A stretch of 64,000 bases of DNA from positions 140,313 to 204,312 of the forward strand of contig DAISJM010000001.1 in NCBI GenBank assembly GCA_036821485.1, read 5' to 3'. Below are positions 45,508 through 56,829 of the stretch, piece after piece. Position 1 is the first letter of the stretch. Each line of letters starts with the position of its first letter. The translations under genes and the position numbers were made by a program. The notes under the pieces are model-generated. The model was not told the origin of the DNA. It saw only the letters and a program-made list of their open reading frames with translations, and did not search any database. Source of the DNA: Verrucomicrobiota bacterium (GTDB lineage: Bacteria > Verrucomicrobiota > Kiritimatiellia > CAIQIC01 > JAGNIJ01).

Positions 45508-46449
45508 ATGATCATGAAACGTGTGCTGACCGTGGCCCTGACGTTGCTGCTGGCCGCCGGCTGCAAGCTTCCTTCTTCTTCCTCGTCCGCCCGCCGCTTC
45601 TCGCCCTATCGCGCGGGCGGCATTGTGAAGCCGGTCGTTGCGGTTTCCGATTTCGAGAACCTTGCCAGCCCTCCCGCGCAATGGAACCTGGGGCGTGGTA
45701 TGGCGGACCTGCTGATCACCGAACTGCTGGATACGGAGAAGGTGACGGTGCTCGAGCGCAAGGATCTTGGTGACGTGGTCGGCGAGATCGTCCTGCAGGG
45801 CAAGGAAATCTTCCGGAAGGAAGGACGCGTGGAACGCGGCCGCCTGAAGAATGCCAAGTATCTGCTCCGCGGTGTGGTGACCGATTTCAGCGAGATGAGC
45901 CGCAAGTCCGGCAAGCTGGGCTTTCCCGGGTTCTCCCTGTTTGGCGGCAAGAATCGCGCGCGCGTGGCGATCAACATCAAGGTGTCCGATGTGGAGACCG
46001 GCGAGATCGTGGCGTCGGTCAAGGTCGAGGAGATCGTGTCGGCGGGCGGAGTCGGCGCCGAAGGCCGGTATAAGAATGTACAGTTTGGCGGCGATGCGTT
46101 CTTCCGGACGCCGCTGGGCAAGGCGACCGAGCGGGCAATCCGCGATGCCACGAAGCGGGTCCTACGCGAGCTGCCCGTTTCGCGCTGGACACCGCGCGTG
46201 GCCGAGGCGGGGCCGGACGGCGTGATCATCAACGGCGGCGAGGATGTGCGTCTTCGCGAAGGCAGCATCTTCCTCGTGCGCGAGGCGGGGCGCGATGTGA
46301 CGGATCCGGAGACGGGCAACGTCATCGAGCGCGTGCCCGGCAAGGTCGTGGGTCGCATTCGGGTGGTCAGCGTGCAGCCACTGGCCGCGCATGCGGAGTT
46401 GCTGGAAGGCAAGGCTCAGCGCGGGCAGTTCCTTGTGCCTGTGGAGTGA
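45508..46449 (+). CDS. CsgG/HfaB-family lipoprotein with FlgT-like C-terminal domain
   Basis: Lipobox LAAGC; VAVSDFEN...MADLLITEL...TVLERKDL; C-terminal TDPETG. Confidence 0.72.
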   Translation: MIMKRVLTVALTLLLAAGCKLPSSSSSARRFSPYRAGGIVKPVVAVSDFENLASPPAQWNLGRGMADLLITELLDTEKVTVLERKDLGDVVGEIVLQGKEIFRKEGRVERGRLKNAKYLLRGVVTDFSEMSRKSGKLGFPGFSLFGGKNRARVAINIKVSDVETGEIVASVKVEEIVSAGGVGAEGRYKNVQFGGDAFFRTPLGKATERAIRDATKRVLRELPVSRWTPRVAEAGPDGVIINGGEDVRLREGSIFLVREAGRDVTDPETGNVIERVPGKVVGRIRVVSVQPLAAHAELLEGKAQRGQFLVPVE

Positions 46450-46507
46450 CGCGTTTCGGGTTTGGCGGCGCGCCGGGAACGCCGTATGATCGCCAAGTGA
46501 TATCGGC

Positions 46508-47101
46508 ATGATCGCATTTCTTCAAGGGATACTGGTGGAGAAAGAACCTACGCACATCCTGATGGATGTCGGCGGGGTGGGTTACGAGGTCTTCATTCCA
46601 CTGAGCAGTTACGAGCGGCTGCCGGCGGTCAACACGGCTTGTCGCATCCTGACCTATGACCACGTACGCGAGGACGCGCACGTGCTTTACGGGTTCATGA
46701 CCGCCGAGGAGCGGCGGATGTTTCTCCTGCTCATTGATGTCAGCGGGATCGGCCCGAAGCTGGCCATGACGGCGCTCAGTGGTCTTTCCGTACGCGACCT
46801 CAAGGCGTCCGTCGCGCAGGCCGATGTGAAGCGGCTGAGCGCGGTATCGGGCATCGGGAAGAAGACGGCCGAGCGGATTGTGCTGGAGTTGAAGGACAAA
46901 CTTGGCGCGGGCGAGTCGATGGAAGCCGTGACCGGCGGTGCGGAGCCGACGGAAGAGAATCTCAGAATGAGGGATGCGATCCTCGCGCTGGTCTCGCTGG
47001 GTTACAAGCAGGCGGATGCGCAGGACTTGGTCCGGAAGGTGGCGGCGACGACGCCCGATGCCAGCCTGGAAGACTTGGTGCGCAAAGCGCTGGCGAAATG
47101 A
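46508..47101 (+). CDS. ruvA: Holliday junction branch migration protein RuvA
   Basis: [31 protein letters not shown] and [15 protein letters not shown] motifs. Confidence 0.95.
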   Translation: MIAFLQGILVEKEPTHILMDVGGVGYEVFIPLSSYERLPAVNTACRILTYDHVREDAHVLYGFMTAEERRMFLLLIDVSGIGPKLAMTALSGLSVRDLKASVAQADVKRLSAVSGIGKKTAERIVLELKDKLGAGESMEAVTGGAEPTEENLRMRDAILALVSLGYKQADAQDLVRKVAATTPDASLEDLVRKALAK

Positions 47102-47105
47102 ACAT

Positions 47106-48122
47106 ATGACGGACCGATTCATAACGGACACGCTGAACAAGTCGGACACCGACTTTGACATCAGCCTGCGGCCGACGCTGTTCACGGATTTCGTGGGACA
47201 GAACAAGGTTCGCGAGCGGCTGGAGCTTTTTGTGGACGCGGCCAAGGGTCGCAAGGACGTGCTGGACCATGTCCTGCTTTCAGGCCCGCCGGGCCTGGGC
47301 AAAACCACGCTTGCCTACATTCTGGCCAATTCGATGAAGGTCAACATCAAGTCGACCTCTGGCCCCGTTATCTCAAAACCGGCGGACCTCGCCGGCCTCC
47401 TTACGAACCTCGAGCGCGGCGACATTCTATTCATCGATGAAATCCACCGCTTGCAGAAGTCGGTCGAGGAGTACCTGTATTCGGCGATGGAGGACTTTGT
47501 CATCGATATCATGATCGATCAGGGGCCGCACGCCCGGTCGGTCCGGCTGAACCTCCCGCGCTTCACGCTGATCGGCGCGACGACCCGGAGCGGCCTGCTG
47601 ACGGCGGCTTTGCGCTCGCGGTTCGGGCTCAACACGCGGCTGGATTACTACGGGGCGAACGACCTGCAGTCCATCATCAAGCGGTCGGCCCGGATCGTGA
47701 ACGTGGATGTGGATGAAGAGGGTTCGGCCGAAATCGCCAAACGCGCCCGTGGAACTCCGCGCATCGCCAACAATCTGCTTCGTTGGGTGCGTGACTACGC
47801 ACAGGTGCGCGCGGACAACAAGATCACCAAACCGATTGCAGACAAGGCCTTGTCCATGCTCGATATCGACGAGCACGGGCTGGACGAAATGGACAAGCGC
47901 ATTCTCGAAACCATCCTGCACAAGTTTGCCGGCGGCCCGGTGGGCGTCAACTCGATCGCGGTTTCCGTGGGCGAGGAGCCGGATACGATCGAGGAAGTGT
48001 ACGAGCCGTTCCTGATCCAGGAAGGCTACCTGAAGCGCACGCCGCAGGGGCGGGTGGCGACCGAGCGGTGTTACGAGAAGTTCGGCCTGAGACCGGGGAC
48101 GAAGCAGGGGGACCTGTTCTGA
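47106..48122 (+). CDS. ruvB: Holliday junction DNA helicase RuvB
   Basis: [31 protein letters not shown] and [11 protein letters not shown] motifs. Confidence 0.96.
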   Translation: MTDRFITDTLNKSDTDFDISLRPTLFTDFVGQNKVRERLELFVDAAKGRKDVLDHVLLSGPPGLGKTTLAYILANSMKVNIKSTSGPVISKPADLAGLLTNLERGDILFIDEIHRLQKSVEEYLYSAMEDFVIDIMIDQGPHARSVRLNLPRFTLIGATTRSGLLTAALRSRFGLNTRLDYYGANDLQSIIKRSARIVNVDVDEEGSAEIAKRARGTPRIANNLLRWVRDYAQVRADNKITKPIADKALSMLDIDEHGLDEMDKRILETILHKFAGGPVGVNSIAVSVGEEPDTIEEVYEPFLIQEGYLKRTPQGRVATERCYEKFGLRPGTKQGDLF

Positions 48123-48138
48123 GCGTCGGCCCGCGGGG

Positions 48139-48167
48139 TTGACTCGGGCCGGTCTTGCCGATAGCCT
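48139..48167 (+). promoter_or_regulatory. Sigma70 promoter TTGACT-17-TAGCCT for proS
   Basis: Consensus spacing, about 42 bp upstream of ATG 48210. Confidence 0.55.
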
Positions 48168-48209
48168 GCCGCTGTTTTTCCGTTGGTCATCAGCAACAAA
48201 GGTGCAGTT

Positions 48210-49736
48210 ATGGCAAAGCAGGGAAATAACGCAATCAGTCCGGCCCGCGCGGAAGATTATGCCGAGTGGTACCAGCAGGTCGTGCGCGCTGCGGAGTTGG
48301 CCGAGACCAGCCCCGTGCGCGGCTGCATGGTCATCAAGCCGTGGGGCTACGCGCTCTGGGAGAACATCCAGGACGTTTTGGACGGCATGTTCAAGGCGAC
48401 GGGTCACGTGAACGCCTACTTCCCTTTGTTCATTCCGCTGAGCTTTCTCGAGAAAGAAGCGGAGCACGTCGAAGGCTTTGCGAAAGAATGTGCGGTGGTC
48501 ACGCATCACCGGCTTGAAGCCGGGCCCGAAGGCGGGCTGGTGCCCGCGGGCGAACTCGAGGAGCCGCTGGTGGTCCGGCCGACGTCGGAGACCATCATCG
48601 GCGCGATGTACGCCAAGTGGGTGCAGAGCTACCGCGATCTGCCGCTCCTCATTAACCAGTGGGCAAACGTGGTTCGGTGGGAGATGCGCACGCGCCTCTT
48701 CCTGCGGACGACGGAGTTCCTCTGGCAGGAAGGGCATACCGCGCACGAGACTCGCGACGAAGCGTGGGAAGAAACCATCAAGATGCTCGGCGTGTATCGG
48801 AAGTTCGCCGAGGAATACATGGCCATGCCGGTCTACACGGGCGAGAAGACGGCCTGCGAGCGTTTTCCGGGTGCCGTGAATACCCTGTGTATCGAGGCGA
48901 TGATGCAGGATCGGAAGGCTTTGCAGGCGGGTACGAGCCACTTCCTCGGGCAGAACTTTGCCAAGGCGTCCGGCATCCAGTTTCAGTCGCGCGCCAGCCA
49001 GACCGAGTTCGCGTGGACGACCTCGTGGGGTGTTTCGACGAGGCTCATCGGTGGCATGGTGATGACGCATGCGGACGACGATGGCATGGTCATTCCGCCG
49101 CGGCTCGCGCCGAGCCACGTGGTGATTTTGCCGATCATTCGAGCCGACACGGACCGCGAGGCGGTGCTGGGTTATTGCGAGAGCCTCGCCGCGGAACTGC
49201 GCGGGCAGTCGTATGACGGCAAGCCGGTTTGCGTGGTGCTTGATACGCGCGACATCAACGCCGGCGAGAAGGGTTGGAACTGGGTCAAGAAAGGCATCCC
49301 GCTGACGGTGGAAGTTGGCCCGCGCGACATCCAGTCGGGCAGCGTCTATGTGGGCCGTCGCGACAAGACGCGCAAAGAGCGGTACTCCGCCAAGCGCGAG
49401 GAATTCGTCGCGTCCGTCGGTGGCGTGCTTGAGGACATGCAGAAGAATCTCTTCAACCGCGCGTTGGCCTATCGTACGGAGAACACGCGAGAGATTGACG
49501 ACGAGGCCTCGTTCAAGGCGTTCTTCACGCCGAAGAATGCGGAGCAGCCGGAGATTCACGGCGGGTTCGCCCTGTCGCACTGGTGCGGTGGCGCGGAATG
49601 CGAGACCAAGCTGAACGACACCCTTTCCGTCACCATCCGATGCATTCCGACGGACCATCAGAAATCCGGTCCGGGCCACTGCATTGTATGCGGAAAAGAC
49701 AGCCCCGGCCGGGTCCTCTTCGCAAAGGCCTACTAA
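48210..49736 (+). CDS. proS: Proline--tRNA ligase (archaeal/eukaryote-type)
   Basis: VRPTSET, RWEMRTRLFLRTTEFLWQEGH, QAGTSHFLGQNF, TSWGVSTR; C-terminal HWCG...CIP...CIVCG. Confidence 0.95.
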   Translation: MAKQGNNAISPARAEDYAEWYQQVVRAAELAETSPVRGCMVIKPWGYALWENIQDVLDGMFKATGHVNAYFPLFIPLSFLEKEAEHVEGFAKECAVVTHHRLEAGPEGGLVPAGELEEPLVVRPTSETIIGAMYAKWVQSYRDLPLLINQWANVVRWEMRTRLFLRTTEFLWQEGHTAHETRDEAWEETIKMLGVYRKFAEEYMAMPVYTGEKTACERFPGAVNTLCIEAMMQDRKALQAGTSHFLGQNFAKASGIQFQSRASQTEFAWTTSWGVSTRLIGGMVMTHADDDGMVIPPRLAPSHVVILPIIRADTDREAVLGYCESLAAELRGQSYDGKPVCVVLDTRDINAGEKGWNWVKKGIPLTVEVGPRDIQSGSVYVGRRDKTRKERYSAKREEFVASVGGVLEDMQKNLFNRALAYRTENTREIDDEASFKAFFTPKNAEQPEIHGGFALSHWCGGAECETKLNDTLSVTIRCIPTDHQKSGPGHCIVCGKDSPGRVLFAKAY

Positions 49737-49860
49737 GCCGTAACGGCACACCCGACACGGAATGTGCGCCACAATGGCGCACTGTCGCGTATCTCGACTT
49801 CCGCCTTCAACAAATCGGATAATCTGCAAAACATTGATTAACAGGTATTTACATCTTAAC

Positions 49861-49903
49861 AGTGTGACGTTGATGTCACACTTGGCATGGCAGTTGCTAT
49901 AGT
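49861..49903 (+). promoter_or_regulatory. dnaK-groESL promoter: sigma54-like TTGGCA-N6-TTGCT (or extended -10) next to an AGTGTGAC-N6-GTCACACT palindrome
   Basis: GG-N10-GC at 49884-49897; palindrome at 49861-49882; TGcTATAGT at 49895-49903. Confidence 0.6.
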
Positions 49904-49957
49904 ACAGGGGCAATTACTTTGTAGTGAGAGTGAAACTGAAAGTGAGGGGTTAAAACC

Positions 49958-51916
49958 ATGTCCAAGGTACTCGGCATAGATTTGGGTACGACGAACTCGT
50001 GTATGGCGGTGATGGAGGGTGGCGAGCCGCTCGTCCTGGAGAATTCGGAAGGCAAACGGACAACTCCGTCGATTGTGGCTTTCACCAAGACGGGTGAGCG
50101 TTTGGTCGGTGATGCGGCAAAGCGTCAGGCTGTGACGAATTCGCGCAACACGATTTACTCCATGAAGCGTTTCATGGGCCGCAAGTTTGACGAGGTGCAG
50201 GAAGAGGCCAAGCGCGTTCCGTACAAAGTCGTGCGCGCGGCCAACGGCGATGCAGCGGTCGAAGTCGAGGTGGACGGGCAGACCAAGCAGTACTCGCCGC
50301 CGGAGATCTCCGGAATGATCCTGGCCAAGATGAAGGCCGACGCGGAAATGCGCCTCGGCGAGAAGATCACGCAGGCCGTCATTACGGTCCCCGCCTATTT
50401 CAATGACTCGCAACGGCAGGCGACGAAAGACGCCGGCCGGATTGCCGGCCTTGAAGTTCTCCGCATCATTAACGAGCCGACCGCGGCTTCGCTGGCGTAC
50501 GGTCTCGACAAGAAGAAGGAAGAGAAGATCGCCGTGTACGACCTTGGTGGCGGCACGTTCGATATTTCCGTCCTCGATATCGGCGAAGGCGTTTTCGAGG
50601 TGAAGGCGACGAACGGCGATACGCACCTTGGCGGCGACGACTGGGACAACAGGATCATGGATTGGATTCTGGACCAGTTCAAAAAGGATCAGGGCATCGA
50701 TCTCCGCAAACAGGCCGACGCGCTGCAGCGCATCAAGGAAGAAGCTGAGAAGGCGAAGATCGCTCTTTCCAGCGCCCAGGACTACGAAATCAGCCTGCCT
50801 TTCATCACGGCCGATGCAAGCGGCCCGAAGCACATCACCATGAAGTTGTCGCGGGCGAAGTTGGAGCAGCTTTGCGATGACCTGTTCGAACGCACCGTGC
50901 TTCCGGTTCAGAACTGCCTGCGCGATTCCGGCGTCAGCCTGGACAAGATCGATGAGCTGGTTCTCGTCGGCGGCATGACCCGCATGCCCCGCGTTGTTGA
51001 GACCGCACGCAAGCTGGTCAACAAGCCCCCGCACCAGGGCGTGAATCCGGATGAAGTGGTGGCCATTGGCGCCGGCATCCAGGGCGGCGTGCTCAAGGGC
51101 GAGGTCAAGGATGTGCTGCTGCTCGACGTGACGCCGCTGACGCTCGGTATCGAGACCTTGGGCGGTATCGCGACGCCGCTCATTGAGCGCAATACGACGA
51201 TCCCGACGAAGAAGAGTGAAATCTTCAGCACCGCTTCGGACAACCAGACGACGGTGGAAATTCATGTTCTGCAGGGCGAACGGAAGATGGCCGGGCAGAA
51301 CAAGTCGATCGGTCGATTCCACTTGGACGGCATTCCGCCGGCCGCGCGTGGCGTGCCGCAGATCGAGGTGACCTTTGACATCGATGCCAACGGCATTCTG
51401 CATGTCAACGCCAAGGACCTCGGTACAGGCAAGGAGCAGAAGATCACGATCACCGCGTCCAGCGGTCTCTCGAAGGACGAGATCGAAAAGATGCGGCGAG
51501 ATGCCGAAGCGCATGCGGCCGAAGACGCAAAGATTCGCGAGGAGGCCGAGACGCGCAACAAGGCCGACAGCATCGTCTACCAGACCGAGAAGTTCCTCAA
51601 GGAGAACGCGGACAAGGTGTCGGCCGACAAGAAGGCCGGGGTCGAGACTGTCATCGCGAGCCTGAAGGACGCGATCAAGGCGCAGGATATTGAGAAGATG
51701 AAGTCGGGGATCGAGGCTGTGAATACTGCGATGCAGGCGTTGTCGGCGGAGATGTACTCCCAGGCGCGTGCGCAGGGACCCCAGGGGGGCGCTGCGGCCG
51801 GGGCGGGTGAACCGGCGGCGGGCCAGCAGGCCGGCGCGGGAGCACAGGGGGACAAGCAGGGAGACGTGATCGACGCCGATTTTGAAGTGGTCGACGACGA
51901 CAAGAAAAAGAAGTAA
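49958..51916 (+). CDS. dnaK: Chaperone DnaK
   Basis: [25 protein letters not shown] and [10 protein letters not shown] motifs. Confidence 0.98.
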   Translation: MSKVLGIDLGTTNSCMAVMEGGEPLVLENSEGKRTTPSIVAFTKTGERLVGDAAKRQAVTNSRNTIYSMKRFMGRKFDEVQEEAKRVPYKVVRAANGDAAVEVEVDGQTKQYSPPEISGMILAKMKADAEMRLGEKITQAVITVPAYFNDSQRQATKDAGRIAGLEVLRIINEPTAASLAYGLDKKKEEKIAVYDLGGGTFDISVLDIGEGVFEVKATNGDTHLGGDDWDNRIMDWILDQFKKDQGIDLRKQADALQRIKEEAEKAKIALSSAQDYEISLPFITADASGPKHITMKLSRAKLEQLCDDLFERTVLPVQNCLRDSGVSLDKIDELVLVGGMTRMPRVVETARKLVNKPPHQGVNPDEVVAIGAGIQGGVLKGEVKDVLLLDVTPLTLGIETLGGIATPLIERNTTIPTKKSEIFSTASDNQTTVEIHVLQGERKMAGQNKSIGRFHLDGIPPAARGVPQIEVTFDIDANGILHVNAKDLGTGKEQKITITASSGLSKDEIEKMRRDAEAHAAEDAKIREEAETRNKADSIVYQTEKFLKENADKVSADKKAGVETVIASLKDAIKAQDIEKMKSGIEAVNTAMQALSAEMYSQARAQGPQGGAAAGAGEPAAGQQAGAGAQGDKQGDVIDADFEVVDDDKKKK

Positions 51917-52041
51917 CGGCAGGGTGGTGCTCCGTCGCGGGACGGGGTGCCCCGCCAGCGTCCATGCGAAGGGATTCGCTGCGGCGCAGAGAGCCCTGTC
52001 CGAAAAATCGAGTACAACAAACAGAAGGAGGAGAGTGCTGC

Positions 52042-52332
52042 ATGAAGATTCAACCGTTGGGTGACCGGGTGTTGGTCGAGCCTGTCAAGGAAGGCGAAGT
52101 CAAGAAGGGCGGGATCATCATTCCGGATACCGCGAAGGAAAAACCCCAGCAGGGCCGCGTTGTGGCGGTGGGCACCGGCAAGCTGGATGACAGCGGCAAG
52201 GTGATCCCGTTCAACGTCAAGAAGAACGACCAGGTCCTGATGCCGAAATACGGTGGCACCGAGGTGAAGATCGACGGCAAGGATTACCTGATCCTGCGCG
52301 AAGAAGACATCCTCGGCATCATCGAAGGCTGA
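52042..52332 (+). CDS. groES: Co-chaperonin GroES
   Basis: [24 protein letters not shown] and KYGGTEV motifs. Confidence 0.98.
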   Translation: MKIQPLGDRVLVEPVKEGEVKKGGIIIPDTAKEKPQQGRVVAVGTGKLDDSGKVIPFNVKKNDQVLMPKYGGTEVKIDGKDYLILREEDILGIIEG

Positions 52333-52368
52333 ACGCGTTAACGAACCAGAACAAAGGAGAAAGAACCT

Positions 52369-54018
<1,650 letters not shown>

Positions 54019-54034
54019 GACCGGTAATTGCCGG

Positions 54035-54078
54035 TTGACAATCGGGGAGCGGGGCGCCTATAGTGCGCCCCGCTTCTC
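54035..54078 (+). terminator. groEL terminator-like hairpin overlapping a TTGACA-18-TATAGT promoter for rpoZ
   Basis: Stem 54044-54057/54065-54078; TATAGT at 54059-54064 is in the loop; TTGACA at 54035-54040. Confidence 0.55.
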
Positions 54079-54102
54079 TTATAGGACTTTGGAGGCCGCA
54101 TT

Positions 54103-54345
54103 GTGAATCCGAACTATCTGGAACTGGCCCGGGAACGTATTTCGAACGTTCCGTTGTTGATCAATGTTGTTTCGCGGCGCGTGCGCCAGCTGAACCAAGG
54201 CCACAGGCCTCTCGTGAAGCCCGACACTCCCCAGATGCCCAATATGGACCTCGCGTTGAAGGAAATCGCTGAAGGCAAGCTCTCGGCTGAAATCTCCTTT
54301 ACCCCGGCCCGTAATTTGCCCGAAGAGAAACCGATCAGCCTGTAA
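54103..54345 (+). CDS. rpoZ: RNA polymerase omega subunit (PVC type)
   Basis: LINVVSRRVRQLNQG.RPLV...DLALKEIAEGK. Confidence 0.8.
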   Translation: MNPNYLELARERISNVPLLINVVSRRVRQLNQGHRPLVKPDTPQMPNMDLALKEIAEGKLSAEISFTPARNLPEEKPISL

Positions 54346-54375
54346 CCGTCCGGCGTGCCGGGCGGGAGACCGACC

Positions 54376-54870
54376 ATGGCCCCCGACGACAGGAAACCCG
54401 CGGCGGGCAAAGTTCTTGCCACCAATCGCAAGGCATTCCGGGATTACTTTGTCCTCGAAAAGATCGAGGCGGGTATCGAGTTGCGTGGTGCCGAAGTCAA
54501 ATCTCTCCGCGAGGGACGCTTCAGCCTGGCCGAGGGTTTCGCACTCATAGAGGACGGGCAGGTCTTCCTCCAAGGGCTGCATATCCAGCCGTATGTTCAC
54601 GCGCGCGCAGCCGAACAGGATCCTGATCGCCGCAAACGCCTCCTTCTTCATCGTCGCGAGATTGACCGCATCCTGGGCCAGGCCGCGGTCAAGGGGCACG
54701 CGCTGATTCCGCTGACCATCTACTTCAAACACGGCATGGTCAAGGTCGAGCTGGGCATCTGCAAAGGCAAACATGCCGAGGATAAGCGCGACGCGCTGCG
54801 CAAGAAGACGGCCGATCGCGAGGCCGAACGCGCAATGGCGTCGCGAACCCGACGATCCGTTCGCTCGTGA
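54376..54870 (+). CDS. smpB: SsrA-binding protein
   Basis: NRKAFRDY, EAGIEL.GAEVKSLR, RKRLLLHRREI and GKHAEDKR motifs. Confidence 0.95.
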   Translation: MAPDDRKPAAGKVLATNRKAFRDYFVLEKIEAGIELRGAEVKSLREGRFSLAEGFALIEDGQVFLQGLHIQPYVHARAAEQDPDRRKRLLLHRREIDRILGQAAVKGHALIPLTIYFKHGMVKVELGICKGKHAEDKRDALRKKTADREAERAMASRTRRSVRS

Positions 54871-54872
54871 CG

Positions 54873-55748
54873 TTACGGCGATTCTGTCGGCGAGGCGAGG
54901 CGCAGGCCTTCCCGTACCAGTGCGTTGGAGAAGGCGGCCCATTCGGCAGGCAGAACATTCTCCGGGCGTGCTTCAGCCCGTACGCCAATGCCGGCCAGCA
55001 TGCGATCAGCGATGGCTCTGCCGTCGGCGTGAAACTCCGATGCAAGCACGGTGTGTAGTTGCTTGCGTCTGCGCGAAAAAGCCAGCTTGAGAAGTGCCGT
55101 CAGTTGATCGACGTCGGCCACGGTCGGCGGCTGCTCCAAGAGTTGCAGATTCACGATGGAGGAATGCACTTCCGGCGCGGGGAGGAAGCACGTGGGCCTG
55201 ACATCCTTCTCGATCACGACGTCGTAGCGAAGCTGGGTCAGGATGCTCAACAGGCCATAATCCTTCGTCTCGGGCTTTGCATTCAACCGGTGCGCGACTT
55301 CCTTCTGCACCGTGATGACCATGCGCTCGGGCGGCTGCGGGCTCTGAATCAGTGTCACCAGCAAGCGGCTGGCAATGGAGTAGGGCAGATTCGCAACCAT
55401 TTTGTTGATGCCGCCGGCGAGAAGTTTAGCCAAATCGACATCGAGCACATCCGCGTGGATCAACTCCACGCGATCCGACTTCGCAAATCGGTCCTTCAGG
55501 TGTTCAAAAAGACGCCGGTCCTTCTCAATCGCGACGACGCGACCTGCCCAACGTTCCAACCATTCGGTGACCACACCCAGGCCCGGACCAACCTCCAGCA
55601 CCTGGTCGCTTTGTCTCAGCTCGGCCGCCGCGAGGAGAATGCGGAGAATATTGGCATCGATCAGGAAATTCTGTCCGAGAACCTTGCTGGGGCGCAGGTC
55701 GAGCTGGTCCAGCAGTGCTTTAACCTCGGAAGGAGCGGTGAGATTCAT
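54873..55748 (-). CDS. rsmA: 16S rRNA m6,2A dimethyltransferase KsgA
   Basis: LGQNFLID, VLEVGPGLG, VANLPYSI, QKEVA.RL and PAPEVHS motifs. Confidence 0.95.
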   Translation of the reverse strand: MNLTAPSEVKALLDQLDLRPSKVLGQNFLIDANILRILLAAAELRQSDQVLEVGPGLGVVTEWLERWAGRVVAIEKDRRLFEHLKDRFAKSDRVELIHADVLDVDLAKLLAGGINKMVANLPYSIASRLLVTLIQSPQPPERMVITVQKEVAHRLNAKPETKDYGLLSILTQLRYDVVIEKDVRPTCFLPAPEVHSSIVNLQLLEQPPTVADVDQLTALLKLAFSRRRKQLHTVLASEFHADGRAIADRMLAGIGVRAEARPENVLPAEWAAFSNALVREGLRLASPTESP

Positions 55749-55812
55749 GGGGCGGGGGGAGAGGGAAAGAATGGTTAATGGTTCTATGGTTAAAGGATGC
55801 TGACCACGCCGG

Positions 55813-56820
55813 TTAGCGGGCTCTCCACGGGTTCTTGCGTTGCGCGAGTTTCACAGCCCAGCGGACGGCCTCGACCATGCTCGACGGATTGGCGATGCCG
55901 CGCCCTGCAATATCGAACGCGGTTCCATGGTCGGGCGACGTCCGGACGATGGGAAGGCCAAGCGTGATGTTTACGCCGCATTCAAAGGCGAGCATCTTCA
56001 GCGGACCCAATCCCTGGTCATGATACATGGCCACGACGGCGTCGTGTTGTCCGTTGATGGCCTGATGAAAGATGACATCGGCCGGGATCGGCCCTGCGAC
56101 GCGAAAACCTTTTCGGCGGGCGGCGACGATGGCGGGGGTGATGACGCGCTTCTCTTCGCTGCCCAGCGCGCCGCCGTCGCCGGCGTGGGGGTTCAGTCCG
56201 CAGACGCCGATGCGAGCGCCGCGACAGCCCAGCCACGGCAGCGCCTCCCCGGTCAGTTCGATGGTCTCCAGCAGTGCGGCCGTGTTGAGTGTTGCCGCAA
56301 CCTTGGCGAGAGGAACGTGGCGCGTGGCCAGGATGACGCGCAGGCCGGGGCCGAACAGCATCATGGCAAAGCGTTTCGTTCCGCACAACCGGGCAAGCAT
56401 TTCCGTGTGGCCCGGCGCGCGAATACCTGCGGCTTGCAGCCCCTCTTTGCAGATCGGAGCTGTCACCATGCCGTGCAGCTTGCGATTGAGACAGGCCGCA
56501 ACGGCTGCATGAATCCAGGCTTCAGCGGCGCGCGAAGCGGCGGCTGTGACGCGTCCCGGCTTCAAGGTTGGTGTGAGCCGAGGCGCCGGATCCCAAATCG
56601 AAATGGCCGGAAGCGCAGATGTCGGAAGATCGAGTGGACAGACAGGGGGCGTGGAGAGGTGCAGGCGGCGTGCCTGCCGGGCAACGACAGACGGCGACCC
56701 GATCAGTACAAAATGAACATTACGTGGCCAGCCACGCTGGTGCACGGCCTTGAGGGCGATCTCAGGGCCTATGCCGTTGACATCACCGAGCGTGATGCCG
56801 ATGCGGACGGCTTTCTTCAT
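55813..56820 (-). CDS. pdxA: 4-hydroxythreonine-4-phosphate dehydrogenase
   Basis: GDVNGIGPE, GHTE, GLNPHAG, AMYHDQG and RTSPDHGTAFDIAG motifs. Confidence 0.95.
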   Translation of the reverse strand: MKKAVRIGITLGDVNGIGPEIALKAVHQRGWPRNVHFVLIGSPSVVARQARRLHLSTPPVCPLDLPTSALPAISIWDPAPRLTPTLKPGRVTAAASRAAEAWIHAAVAACLNRKLHGMVTAPICKEGLQAAGIRAPGHTEMLARLCGTKRFAMMLFGPGLRVILATRHVPLAKVAATLNTAALLETIELTGEALPWLGCRGARIGVCGLNPHAGDGGALGSEEKRVITPAIVAARRKGFRVAGPIPADVIFHQAINGQHDAVVAMYHDQGLGPLKMLAFECGVNITLGLPIVRTSPDHGTAFDIAGRGIANPSSMVEAVRWAVKLAQRKNPWRAR

Positions 56821-56829
56821 GGCGAAAGC

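Noticed and set aside
2051-49913. Other long opposite-strand or alternate-frame ORFs (e.g. 2051-4078, 16375-18351, 42691-44988, 47427-49913, 55840-57633)
   Set aside because: They overlap well-supported genes, have Arg/His/Ala-rich composition typical of high-GC shadow frames, and show no family motifs.
41739-51916. Absence of E3 (lpd), ruvC and dnaJ/grpE next to their partners
   Set aside because: These genes are commonly unlinked, and a 64-kb window cannot show absence from the genome.
52033-52040. GAGTGCTG before groES as CIRCE
   Set aside because: Only an imperfect right half-site; the TTAGCACTC left arm 9 bp upstream is absent.
54346-54872. tmRNA, tRNA or riboswitch near smpB or in other gaps
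   Set aside because: No cloverleaf, T-loop/CCA end or recognisable riboswitch consensus was seen; an Infernal/Rfam scan would be needed to exclude divergent RNAs.
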